A stretch of 64,000 nucleotides of DNA from the NCBI GenBank assembly GCA_965237905.1, contig OZ250172.1:1344001-1408000 (forward strand). The letters are read 5' to 3'. A program made the position numbers and the translations under genes. Source of the DNA: Nitrospinaceae bacterium. Its GTDB lineage: Bacteria; Nitrospinota; Nitrospinia; Nitrospinales; Nitrospinaceae. The notes under the pieces are model-generated. The model worked only from the letters and a program-made list of their open reading frames with translations. It did no database searches and was not told the DNA's origin. This document shows, piece by piece, positions 48,716 through 57,730 of the stretch. How positions within the stretch are numbered: the first letter of the stretch is position 1; each line of letters opens with the position of its first letter.

Positions 48716-49105
48716 ATGACAGAACCAACATCCGCGCCCAAAATCCTGGTGGTAGACGATGAGGTGAAGATGTGCTTCACCTTGACCAAATTATTCGAAC
48801 TGAGCAATTACTCTGTAGCCGTCGCTCACAATGGATTGGAGGCTTTGGATAAAATCGACAGCTTTCAACCACACTGCATTCTGCTGGACATACGCATGCC
48901 CCAAATGAATGGCATCGAAGTCCTCAAGAAGGTGAAGCAGGAACATCCTGAAATTGTGGTCATCATGACCACCGCAGTGGCCACTGAAGAAAGCCGAGAT
49001 GAATGCCTCGAAATCGGCGCCGCCGAATACCTGATCAAACCCATCGACTTTAAAGAACTCCTCGGAATCATAAAGAACCGGATCCACCCCACCGTTAAAA
49101 GCTGA
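48716..49105 (+). CDS. Single-domain response regulator
   Basis: ILVVDDE, LLDIRMPQMNG, MTTA, YLIKP. Confidence 0.93.
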   Translation: MTEPTSAPKILVVDDEVKMCFTLTKLFELSNYSVAVAHNGLEALDKIDSFQPHCILLDIRMPQMNGIEVLKKVKQEHPEIVVIMTTAVATEESRDECLEIGAAEYLIKPIDFKELLGIIKNRIHPTVKS

Positions 49106-49110
49106 CTGGC

Positions 49111-49350
49111 TTACTCCTCCGTATCTGAATCCTTTCGTTTCCTTTTTCTCCAGGATTGAAATATATTTAAGATGAGGTAAGCGCTGTACGGGATCAGCAA
49201 CCCAAATACCAGAATCCCCCAAGTCAAACCGCTGTCGCCGTATCGTTTAGCGAGAGTTTCAAGAGGTCCGGTATAAGCCCAAACTCCATAAACTAAAATG
49301 ACTGCGCCTAACAATAAATTCTGGAACCATTTCACGGCAATCACCACTTC
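49111..49350 (-). CDS. Small two-TM membrane protein (start uncertain)
   Basis: KWFQNLLLGAVILVYGVWAY...WGILVFGLLIPYSAYLIL followed by a basic tail. Confidence 0.55.
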   Translation of the reverse strand, partial: EVVIAVKWFQNLLLGAVILVYGVWAYTGPLETLAKRYGDSGLTWGILVFGLLIPYSAYLILNIFQSWRKRKRKDSDTEE

Positions 49351-49571
49351 TGTAATTTTCGTTTGGGTGCTTCTGGGATATCCAGCGGCCAGGGTTACTG
49401 CCTCCCCGGAAACGCTCAATGATCCCAACGGCAAAGCTCATTATAAGCCAAACGCAAAACTCCTTAGGAAACAGGAGTTTCCCCAACCCTCACTTCAACC
49501 CTGAGAAACCTCTCTCCGCGCTCTTGTGAAAATCGCCCCACCGGGAATCTTTCGGGATATAATGACCTTAG

Positions 49572-50867
49572 ATGAAAACGCACCAAATTCCACAAAATAC
49601 AAATAATGCCTCCACGCTGAAAGCCCTTCTGGTGGGTGTAGAAATCGCCGGCTCCGGTTCTCTCGGACATTCTCTGGATGAGTTGGACGGATTGGCCCGT
49701 ACCGCTCATTACCAACCGGTCGCCACCTTTACCCAGCGACTGACTACCATTAATTCGAAAACATTCATCGGCAAGGGCAAGGTCGAAGAGTTGGTCACAG
49801 CGGTGAAGCATCACGAAGCCGACGCGGTGATTTTCGACGAAGCCCTCACTCCGGCGCAAACGCGCAATCTGGAAAGTATTCTGAAATGCGGCATCGTGGA
49901 CCGTCCGTGGATCATCCTCGAAATTTTCAAAGCTCATGCCCGTACCCGCGAAGCTAAAACGCAGGTGGCGCTCGCGCGATTGCAATATGCCCTGCCCCGC
50001 CTCACCAAAATGTGGACCCATCTGTCACGGCAGAGAGGCGGCATTGGTATGCGTGATGTGGGTGAAACGCAGATTCAATTGGACCGGCGCATTATCCGCG
50101 ACAATATCGCCAAGCTCAATAAGAAACTCAAACTCATTCACCTTGAACGCCAAACTCAAAGAAAGGCGCGCCTGAACGCTTACCAGGTGTCGCTGGTGGG
50201 CTACACCAATGTCGGCAAGTCCACCCTGATGAACTGCCTCACCGGAACCGATACTCTGGTGGCAGACAAGCTGTTCGCCACGCTCGACTCCACCGTGCGT
50301 AAGGTGAAAAAGAATTTTCCGTACCCCATCCTGCTGGCGGACACCGTCGGGCTGATCGATAAATTGCCGCACGATCTGGTGGCGTCGTTCAAAAGTACGC
50401 TCGATGAAATTCGCAACGCCAACCTGCTCCTGCATGTGGTGGACATCAGCCATCCTAACTTCAAAGAGCAGTTGCGTGTCGCAGAAGAACTCATTCGGGA
50501 AATGGGTGCGGAGGACCTCCCTGTGGTGCTGGTCTTCAACAAGATCGACCGGATGGCAGAAGACGATACGTTGGGACACATGAAACGGCAGTACCCGGAA
50601 GCGGTATTCGTTTCATGCCAACAAGGAATGGGAATGGATGATTTGAGGAAAGCCATCGTCATGGAATACGAAGCGAATCTGTTGCCCTACCGGGTGGAAC
50701 TCAAATATCCGCAAAACAACCTGATCCAGAACATCAGGAAACATGCTTTGATTATCAAAGAAGACTACCAGAAAACTTCGGTTACTCTCGACTTGAGAGT
50801 ATGGCCGCAGAACAAATCCAAGCTGATGGAAGTTCTCAACGGACATCCCCAAACGGTCGCCCGGTAA
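49572..50867 (+). CDS. hflX: GTPase HflX
   Basis: FIGKGK, A.TREAK.QV.LA, GYTNVGKST, LFATLD, DTVG, NKID. Confidence 0.96.
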   Translation: MKTHQIPQNTNNASTLKALLVGVEIAGSGSLGHSLDELDGLARTAHYQPVATFTQRLTTINSKTFIGKGKVEELVTAVKHHEADAVIFDEALTPAQTRNLESILKCGIVDRPWIILEIFKAHARTREAKTQVALARLQYALPRLTKMWTHLSRQRGGIGMRDVGETQIQLDRRIIRDNIAKLNKKLKLIHLERQTQRKARLNAYQVSLVGYTNVGKSTLMNCLTGTDTLVADKLFATLDSTVRKVKKNFPYPILLADTVGLIDKLPHDLVASFKSTLDEIRNANLLLHVVDISHPNFKEQLRVAEELIREMGAEDLPVVLVFNKIDRMAEDDTLGHMKRQYPEAVFVSCQQGMGMDDLRKAIVMEYEANLLPYRVELKYPQNNLIQNIRKHALIIKEDYQKTSVTLDLRVWPQNKSKLMEVLNGHPQTVAR

Positions 50868-50878
50868 AATTTTCCGCG

Positions 50879-51190
50879 TTATTTCCTGGTCATTTCCGTA
50901 ACAACGTACAATCCCTTGTCGGTGACCACGTATTGTCCTGCCACGGCATCTCCTTTTTTGAGATCGCCGATCCCGGAAAGGCCTTTTAACTTCGATTGAT
51001 CGTTCACCACCACGGTAAACCTTTTCTTGGTGGCTGGATCTTTTATCGACACTTTGTTTTTGGCCGCGATCACCTTTTTAACATTGCCGGAGAAGGAAAC
51101 CGCATCCCCCGCCCAAACTGAAGAGCTCGCGAACACCAAAGCAACCACCAAAACCAAATACCTCAGGAACCGCTGATTGATCGAATGCAT
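50879..51190 (-). CDS. Small exported beta-rich hypothetical protein
   Basis: Signal peptide ending VWA and GAGGAG RBS before MHSIN. Confidence 0.7.
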   Translation of the reverse strand: MHSINQRFLRYLVLVVALVFASSSVWAGDAVSFSGNVKKVIAAKNKVSIKDPATKKRFTVVVNDQSKLKGLSGIGDLKKGDAVAGQYVVTDKGLYVVTEMTRK

Positions 51191-51265
51191 AGTATCTCCT
51201 CTCGGCACGGGTCTGCGCCGATTACAAGTTAGGATAAAAAAATGAATGGGTATTGTCTGAGAGAA

Positions 51266-53446
51266 TTATACCACGATGAGATTGGCATGGTTGACGGCAA
51301 GTTTCTTCTTACCCGCTTTCTTAAAAAAAACAACGACCTTCCAGTCACCTTCGTTCCCCTCGCGATTGACCACCACGCCGGAGCCAAACTTGGGATGCAG
51401 GACTTTGGTGCCGACGCAATACTCGCCGTTTCCAGAGGACACCCGCGGCGTCGATTCCGGCAGAGACATTTCCGGTTGTCTTCCATACGAGGAAGGTGAC
51501 CGGGTTTCGAACCCGCCCACCGCCATTTCCTTTTGCAGAACTTCTCCAGGGATGGCCGTGAGAAAATCCGACGGCTGGTAATTGTAAGTATTGCCATAAA
51601 TCCGCCGACGCCGCGCGTTGGTGATCATCAACCGGCTCTTGGCGCGGGTGATACCGACGTAACACAGGCGCCGTTCCTCTTCGAACTCCTCGGTGCTGGA
51701 CATGGAACTGGCGTGCGGCAGTAAACCATTTTCAACGCCGATCATGCACACACCCTCGAACTCAAGACCTTTGCAGGTGTGCAGGGTCATCAACGGCAAA
51801 ACGCCCCGGCTGTCATCGAGATTGTCAAGATCCGAAACCAGAGCGGTGGTATCCAGGAACTCCCTCATGGAATTTTCCGGATGCGATTCGCTGAACTGTT
51901 CGACAGCAGAATACAGCTCGTTGAGATTTTCCAAACGGCTCCGGCTTTCAACCGAATTTTCATTTTCCAGCTTGGCCATGTATCCGGTACGCGCCAGGAT
52001 TTCATTCAAAAATTCCTCTGCCGCCCGCTCTTCATAAATCGAGTGCAGGTGATCTATCAGCGCAACAAACTGGGAAATCTTTTTGGCTGGCCCGGTGGAC
52101 ACTATTTTTTGCGGCTCCGTCTGCCGTAGCCCTTCCAGCAGGGGCAAGCCGTGTTGATCGCAATAGGCTTCCACTTTCTCCAGAGACGATTTGCCGATGC
52201 CCCGCACCGGCACGTTGACGATGCGCTTCAATGATACCGAGTCGGCGGGGTTCAACACCACCCGCATGTACGCGAGGACGTCTTTGACCTCCCTGCGCTC
52301 GTAAAACTTGAGGCCGCCCACCACCTGGTAGGGCAGTTCCATCTGGCGCAATTGATCCTCCACCACGCGCGACTGCGCGTTAGTGCGGTACAACACCGCC
52401 ATGTCGTTGAAGGAATGGCCATCCTCATTCGCCCATTCCTGAAGACGCTCACACACCGCACGGGCCTCATCAATTTCATCCTCTGCACGGTAATAAATGA
52501 TTTGATGTCCGGCATCATTTTCCGTCCACAGGGTTTTATCCTTGCGGGCCACGTTCTCCCGGACCACCGCCGCCGCTGCCGTGAGGATGTTCTGGGTCGA
52601 ACGGTAATTCTGCTCCAGCTTGATCACACGCGTGTTGGCATAATCCTTCTCGAAGTGCAGAATGTTTTCAATATTGGCTCCCCGCCAGCGGTAAATACTC
52701 TGATCGTCATCGCCCACCACGCACACATTTTGATGGCTCTCCGTCAAGATCCGCACCAGATTGTACTGAGTCACATTCGTATCCTGAAATTCATCGACCA
52801 GCACATATTGGAACCGGCGGTTGTAATAATCTTTGATGGAGGAATGCTTGCGAAGCAGGTGAACGGTCAGCATCAATAGATCGTCGAAGTCGAGACCGTT
52901 ATTGTCGCGCAACGCCTGCTGGTACACTGGATACACTTCCGCCGCTTTCAGCTGATGGCCGTATGAATAATTGTCCAGCCGGATATCGCTGGGGAATAGA
53001 TAATCATTTTTGAAGCCGCTGATGTGACCGAGAATGGCGCGCGGCGGAAACGCTTCTTCATTCACGTTCACCTTTTTCATACACTTTTTGACCAGTGACA
53101 ATTGATCCTGGGCGTCGTAAATCACAAAATCGTTGCTGTACCCGAGCTCGTGAATATGCTTGCGCAACAGCTTCAGGCAAAACGAGTGAAAGGTGCTGAC
53201 CCAGGGATAGGTCTCGCACGATCCCAGTTTCTGATACACACGGTCCAGCATTTCCTTCGCCGCTTTATTGGTGAAGGTGATGGCGAGGATCGACTCCGGC
53301 GGCACCTGCTTTTCCCGAATCAGATAAACGATGCGATAGGTAATGGCCCGCGTCTTGCCGGAGCCGGCACCGGCGACCACCAGTACCGGACCCTCGGTCT
53401 GGTGGACCGCTTCTAATTGCTGTGGATTGAGTTCGTCGGAAAACAT
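51266..53446 (-). CDS. pcrA: ATP-dependent DNA helicase PcrA/UvrD
   Basis: AGAGSGKT, VDEFQDTN, GDDDQSIY.WRGA, QNYRS, EEERRLCYVGITRA, HPKFG.G tudor-like tail. Confidence 0.95.
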   Translation of the reverse strand: MFSDELNPQQLEAVHQTEGPVLVVAGAGSGKTRAITYRIVYLIREKQVPPESILAITFTNKAAKEMLDRVYQKLGSCETYPWVSTFHSFCLKLLRKHIHELGYSNDFVIYDAQDQLSLVKKCMKKVNVNEEAFPPRAILGHISGFKNDYLFPSDIRLDNYSYGHQLKAAEVYPVYQQALRDNNGLDFDDLLMLTVHLLRKHSSIKDYYNRRFQYVLVDEFQDTNVTQYNLVRILTESHQNVCVVGDDDQSIYRWRGANIENILHFEKDYANTRVIKLEQNYRSTQNILTAAAAVVRENVARKDKTLWTENDAGHQIIYYRAEDEIDEARAVCERLQEWANEDGHSFNDMAVLYRTNAQSRVVEDQLRQMELPYQVVGGLKFYERREVKDVLAYMRVVLNPADSVSLKRIVNVPVRGIGKSSLEKVEAYCDQHGLPLLEGLRQTEPQKIVSTGPAKKISQFVALIDHLHSIYEERAAEEFLNEILARTGYMAKLENENSVESRSRLENLNELYSAVEQFSESHPENSMREFLDTTALVSDLDNLDDSRGVLPLMTLHTCKGLEFEGVCMIGVENGLLPHASSMSSTEEFEEERRLCYVGITRAKSRLMITNARRRRIYGNTYNYQPSDFLTAIPGEVLQKEMAVGGFETRSPSSYGRQPEMSLPESTPRVSSGNGEYCVGTKVLHPKFGSGVVVNREGNEGDWKVVVFFKKAGKKKLAVNHANLIVV

Positions 53447-53520
53447 ATCAAATTAAAGGTTGGTTGCTGTCCATGCCAGCTTATCATTTTCGGAAGGTTG
53501 ACTGCCAGCTTCGGTTTGAT

Positions 53521-54471
53521 TTAAATCAGATGTTCCCAGATCACGGCCGCCAGAGCTTCGATAAACAGGGGGGAGGTGTTGAGTGATTCGGTTCGATACA
53601 GCTCGATGCCCCGTTCGGCGGCGTATTCCTTGAAAGCAATATCGATATCGTACAGGATTTCAATGTGGTCGCACACGAAACCAACGGAAACAACGAGCGC
53701 CGTTTTGCCTCCAGCCTCCCCTATTTTATCGAGGGTCTCCTCCACGCTCGGCTCCAGCCACGGCACAGGAATCATGCCCTGGCTCTGGTACGCCTGATGG
53801 CAGTTGGGAATATCGACCTGTTGCAAAATTCCCTGCATGGTTTTACCGTATTCTTCAACATAGGGGTCGCCGAACATCTCCACCGAATCGGCGGGAATAC
53901 TGTGCACGGTAAAGATCGTATGAACATCTTTCTTCCCCTTGGCCTTTAAATCTACGGCGGCGGCCTGATAGCGTTCCACGAACGCGTCGATCAACAGCGG
54001 TTGATTCGGCCAGCTGGTGATAAATCTCACTTCAAGCTTTTTGGATTGCCAAACCTCCATCGCATCGAAAAAAGCTTTCTGATAACGCTCGGTACTCCAC
54101 CGACTGTACTGTGGAGCCAGGCACAGCGCCACGATCCGTTCCGCCCCATCGTTCACCGCCTGATTCACCGCATCCTTAATGTAGGGACTCCAGGTACGCA
54201 TCCCGACATACACTTTGAACGCATCCTCTCCCTGATTAAGATAGGTCTCCAGCGCTTCCGCCTGAGCGGTGGTGATGTCCAGCAGAGGAGACCGTCCGCC
54301 GATTTGTTTGTAACGGCGAGCCACTTCCTGAATCACTTCGGTCGACGAATCGGTGCCGCCGCGAATGTTTTTCAGGTATTTGGGAATATCCTGGACGCGC
54401 AAAGGAGCGCCATGCGCGAGAAGAATGACCGCGGTTTTCAACTTCTCGGATGGTGGAGCAGCGCTTGTCAT
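53521..54471 (-). CDS. hemH: Ferrochelatase
   Basis: Y..IGGRSPL, GMRTWSPY, APQYS, HSIP, YQSQG..PWLEP, FVCDHIEILYDID. Confidence 0.93.
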   Translation of the reverse strand: MTSAAPPSEKLKTAVILLAHGAPLRVQDIPKYLKNIRGGTDSSTEVIQEVARRYKQIGGRSPLLDITTAQAEALETYLNQGEDAFKVYVGMRTWSPYIKDAVNQAVNDGAERIVALCLAPQYSRWSTERYQKAFFDAMEVWQSKKLEVRFITSWPNQPLLIDAFVERYQAAAVDLKAKGKKDVHTIFTVHSIPADSVEMFGDPYVEEYGKTMQGILQQVDIPNCHQAYQSQGMIPVPWLEPSVEETLDKIGEAGGKTALVVSVGFVCDHIEILYDIDIAFKEYAAERGIELYRTESLNTSPLFIEALAAVIWEHLI

Positions 54472-55508
54472 TTGGATTGATACTCGTGAACCATATCCAC
54501 CACCGCCTTGACGTGGTCGACCGGCGTGTGTTGCAGGATACCGTGCCCGAGATTGAAGACGTGTCCCGGACGTCCCCCGGCCCGGCGCAGGATGTCGTGC
54601 ACTTTTTCCTGGATCACCGGAATGGGCGCGAACAGGATGTTCGGATCGAGGTTGCCCTGGACCGGCATGTCGTAACCGATCTGCTGCCACGCGTCATCAA
54701 GATGAATGCGCCAATCGAATCCCATCGCATCCCCGCCCGCTTCCCTTATCTGCGGAAGCATACTGGAGGTGCCGGTACTGAAATTGATCACCGGTACGCC
54801 GATGCCCTTCAAACCATCGAACACCCGGCGGGTGTGCGGCAGAATATATTTTTGATAATCGCCGGGACTCAGGCACCCGACCCAGCTATCGAAAATCTGC
54901 AGCGCCTGCGCCCCTGCCCGGACCTGCATCTTGAGGTAATCGACCAGCACGTCGGACACTTTAGTCATCAACTGTGGCCAGATATCCGATTCTTCGTACA
55001 TCATCAACTTGGTGGTGGTGAAATCTTTCGACTTGCCGCCCTCCACCATATAACTGGCGAGAGTGAACGGTGCGGCGGAAAATCCGACGAGCGGCATCTT
55101 GTTCGATATCTCACCTCGCACCATTTTGATGGCCTCGCCGACATAGCCCAACTGCTCCTCGGAGTTCACCGGCTTCAGCGCTTCGACATCTTTACGGGTG
55201 CGCACGGGACGGGGAATGGACGGACCGTCGCCCGCCGTAAATTCGAGGCCGGTGCCCATCGGCTCCAGCGGCAGAAGAATGTCCGCAAAAATGATGGCGG
55301 CATCGACTCCCAACACGTCGAGCGGTTGCAGGGTGACCTCGCAGGCCAGTTCCGGGGTTTTGCAGAGTTCGAGAAAGGTATGCTTTTCCTTGAGGTCCCG
55401 GTAAACCTTCATATACCGTCCCGCCTGACGCATGAACCAGACTGGGGTGCAATCCACCGGCTCGCCCCAGAGCGCCTTCAGAAACCGGAAATCTCCGTTT
55501 TTATCCAT
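54468..55508 (-). CDS. hemE: Uroporphyrinogen decarboxylase
   Basis: PVWFMRQAGRY, DAAIIFADIL, QIFDSW, QGNLDP, FNLGHG. Confidence 0.96.
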   Translation of the reverse strand: MDKNGDFRFLKALWGEPVDCTPVWFMRQAGRYMKVYRDLKEKHTFLELCKTPELACEVTLQPLDVLGVDAAIIFADILLPLEPMGTGLEFTAGDGPSIPRPVRTRKDVEALKPVNSEEQLGYVGEAIKMVRGEISNKMPLVGFSAAPFTLASYMVEGGKSKDFTTTKLMMYEESDIWPQLMTKVSDVLVDYLKMQVRAGAQALQIFDSWVGCLSPGDYQKYILPHTRRVFDGLKGIGVPVINFSTGTSSMLPQIREAGGDAMGFDWRIHLDDAWQQIGYDMPVQGNLDPNILFAPIPVIQEKVHDILRRAGGRPGHVFNLGHGILQHTPVDHVKAVVDMVHEYQSK

Positions 55509-55569
55509 TCCACCGCCTTGTTGATTTGAATTCAAAGATTTTGATTATAGGCCGGGCAACCTGCCAATA

Positions 55570-56700
55570 TCAAACCGTTTTTATGCGTTCTATTTCAGCC
55601 ATGACCGAGGCATCGGTCTCCCCGGCAAGGCGGGATTCCAGCACCGCCAGCGCCTCCTGCCCCATCAGCTCGCCCAGGGCCCAAACCGCATGGGAGCGAA
55701 TGAGGGGTTCCGGGTCGGAAAGCGCCTGAGTGAGCGCCGGAACCGCCTCTAACCGGCCAGAATTGCCCAGAGCCACCGCCACATTCCTCAGCAGGCCCCG
55801 GCGTTTGATGCGCTTGACAGGGCTTTTCCGGAACCGTGAGCGGAAGCCCTCGTCGTCCAATTGCATCAATTCGATCAACCCCTTAACCCCCTCACGCTCC
55901 TGAAAGGCGGGTTCCTCCGTGGCTACCGCGTAGGAGTTCCACGGGCAGACGATCTGGCAGTCGTCGCACCCGTAGATGCGGTTGCCCAGCGCTTTGCGGT
56001 ATTCATGCGGAATAGCCCCCTTCAGCTCGATGGTCAAATAGGAGATACATTTGCGGGAATCGAGGACATAGGGGGCCACAATGGCCCCGGTCGGGCAGAT
56101 ATCGATACAGGCCGTGCAGGTGCCACAGTGGTCCTCCGCCGCCTCAGAAGGGGGCAGGGCCACGTCCACCAGAATTTCGGAGAGAAAATAGTATGATCCA
56201 ATCCCCTCGGTGAGCAGGTTGGTGTGCTTGCCGATCCACCCTAATCCGGCCTTCTCCGCCAGCGGTTTTTCGAGGATGGGGCCGGTATCGACATAACCTT
56301 TGGTCCGGCAACCGGGAAACACCTCGGCCAGACAAGCCTCTAATTCCCGCAGGCGAGGCTGGATGAGATCGTGATAATCCAGATTCCAGGCATAGTTGGA
56401 AATATCGCCGGTTTCCGGTGCCTCCAGGAATTCCAGAGTCCGGGGGGTGGTGAAATAAGAAGTGCTGAGGCAGATGACGCTTTTCACGCCGGGCAGGACC
56501 CCATCGAGATCCAGCCGTTTGGCCTCGCCGCGTTTCATATACTGCATCTCCCCGTCGAAATTTTGAGCAAGCCACTGCTGGAATCGCTCCCCCGACTTCC
56601 CCACATCGGGCAGGGTAACACCGAACCCCTCGAACCCTAACTCCAGGGCTCTGTGGCGGATTTTCTCCAGTTTTTCCCGGATGTCCTTGCTTTCAGTCAT
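55570..56700 (-). CDS. queG: Epoxyqueuosine reductase
   Basis: VDTGPILEK, GWIGKHT, CGTCTACIDICPT, CISYLTIE, YGCDDCQIVCPWN, HEAT-like tail. Confidence 0.95.
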   Translation of the reverse strand: MTESKDIREKLEKIRHRALELGFEGFGVTLPDVGKSGERFQQWLAQNFDGEMQYMKRGEAKRLDLDGVLPGVKSVICLSTSYFTTPRTLEFLEAPETGDISNYAWNLDYHDLIQPRLRELEACLAEVFPGCRTKGYVDTGPILEKPLAEKAGLGWIGKHTNLLTEGIGSYYFLSEILVDVALPPSEAAEDHCGTCTACIDICPTGAIVAPYVLDSRKCISYLTIELKGAIPHEYRKALGNRIYGCDDCQIVCPWNSYAVATEEPAFQEREGVKGLIELMQLDDEGFRSRFRKSPVKRIKRRGLLRNVAVALGNSGRLEAVPALTQALSDPEPLIRSHAVWALGELMGQEALAVLESRLAGETDASVMAEIERIKTV

Positions 56701-56773
56701 TTGAAATATTATTGATATGAATAGGGGAACTCTGATAGGGTGCCCATTCAGCACCTTAACAGGCCCAACTCTA

Positions 56774-57709
56774 ATGAATAAAACAGGTTACATCTATCAC
56801 CCCTTATACCTGGAGCATGATACCGGCCAGCATCCGGAAAATTTTGGACGTCTGGTAGCCATTGAGAATCACCTGAAAGATTCCGATATCAACTCCCAAT
56901 TGCAACGGCACGAGCCGCGTCCCGCAACCTTGGACGAGATCGGTCTGAACCACGTTGCGGGCTATGCGGAATCCGTGCAACGTAAATGTGAAGAAGGTGC
57001 CAGTAGCCTGGACGCGGACACCTCGGTCTCTACCCGGTCCTATGACGCCGCCCTGCTCAGTACCGGAGCGGGATTGAAGGCAGTCGATATGGTATTGGAC
57101 GGCACCTGCGACAACGTATTTTGCGCCGTGCGTCCGCCGGGCCATCATGCCGAGCATGACCGGTCGATGGGATTCTGCCTGTTCAACAATGTCGCCATCG
57201 CCGCCGATTACGCCATCGAGAAAAAGGGCCTCGACCGCGTGTTCATTTTCGACTGGGACGTGCATCACGGCAACGGCACCCAGCACTCGTTTTATTCGAA
57301 AAGTAACGTTTATTACAGCAGTGCCCATCAGTATCCGTTTTATCCGGGAACCGGCGCCGCGGAAGAAACCGGCACCGGCGACGGTCTGGGCACCACGCTC
57401 AATTTTCCTTTGCGCGCTTTTTCCCGCGACGAGGATTACCTGGCGCTGGTCAAAGACAAGCTCATCCCGGAAATGATCCGGTTCAAACCGGATCTCATTA
57501 TTTTATCCGCCGGGTTCGACGCACATGCCAACGATCCGCTGGGGCAGATGGAGGTCTCCACCGAATGTTATGGCGCCATGACCGAATTGATCGTTACCGC
57601 CGCTGATGAAATCTGCAATGGACGCCTGATCTCCATGCTGGAAGGCGGTTACGATCCGAATGCACTGGCCGGCTCGGTGCATGCGCATTTGAAAAGCTTG
57701 ATATCATAA
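56774..57709 (+). CDS. Histone deacetylase family protein
   Basis: HPE, RPPGHHA, MGFCLFNN, DWDVHHGNGT, SAGFDAH..DPL, LEGGY. Confidence 0.95.
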   Translation: MNKTGYIYHPLYLEHDTGQHPENFGRLVAIENHLKDSDINSQLQRHEPRPATLDEIGLNHVAGYAESVQRKCEEGASSLDADTSVSTRSYDAALLSTGAGLKAVDMVLDGTCDNVFCAVRPPGHHAEHDRSMGFCLFNNVAIAADYAIEKKGLDRVFIFDWDVHHGNGTQHSFYSKSNVYYSSAHQYPFYPGTGAAEETGTGDGLGTTLNFPLRAFSRDEDYLALVKDKLIPEMIRFKPDLIILSAGFDAHANDPLGQMEVSTECYGAMTELIVTAADEICNGRLISMLEGGYDPNALAGSVHAHLKSLIS

Positions 57710-57730
57710 ATTTAAGGAAACGGTTTTACC

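Noticed and set aside
53521..54690. N-terminally extended hemH (and extended queG, trmL, FKBP, hbd ORFs)
   Set aside because: The extensions overlap neighbouring genes or lack an RBS. Internal ATG starts fit family lengths.
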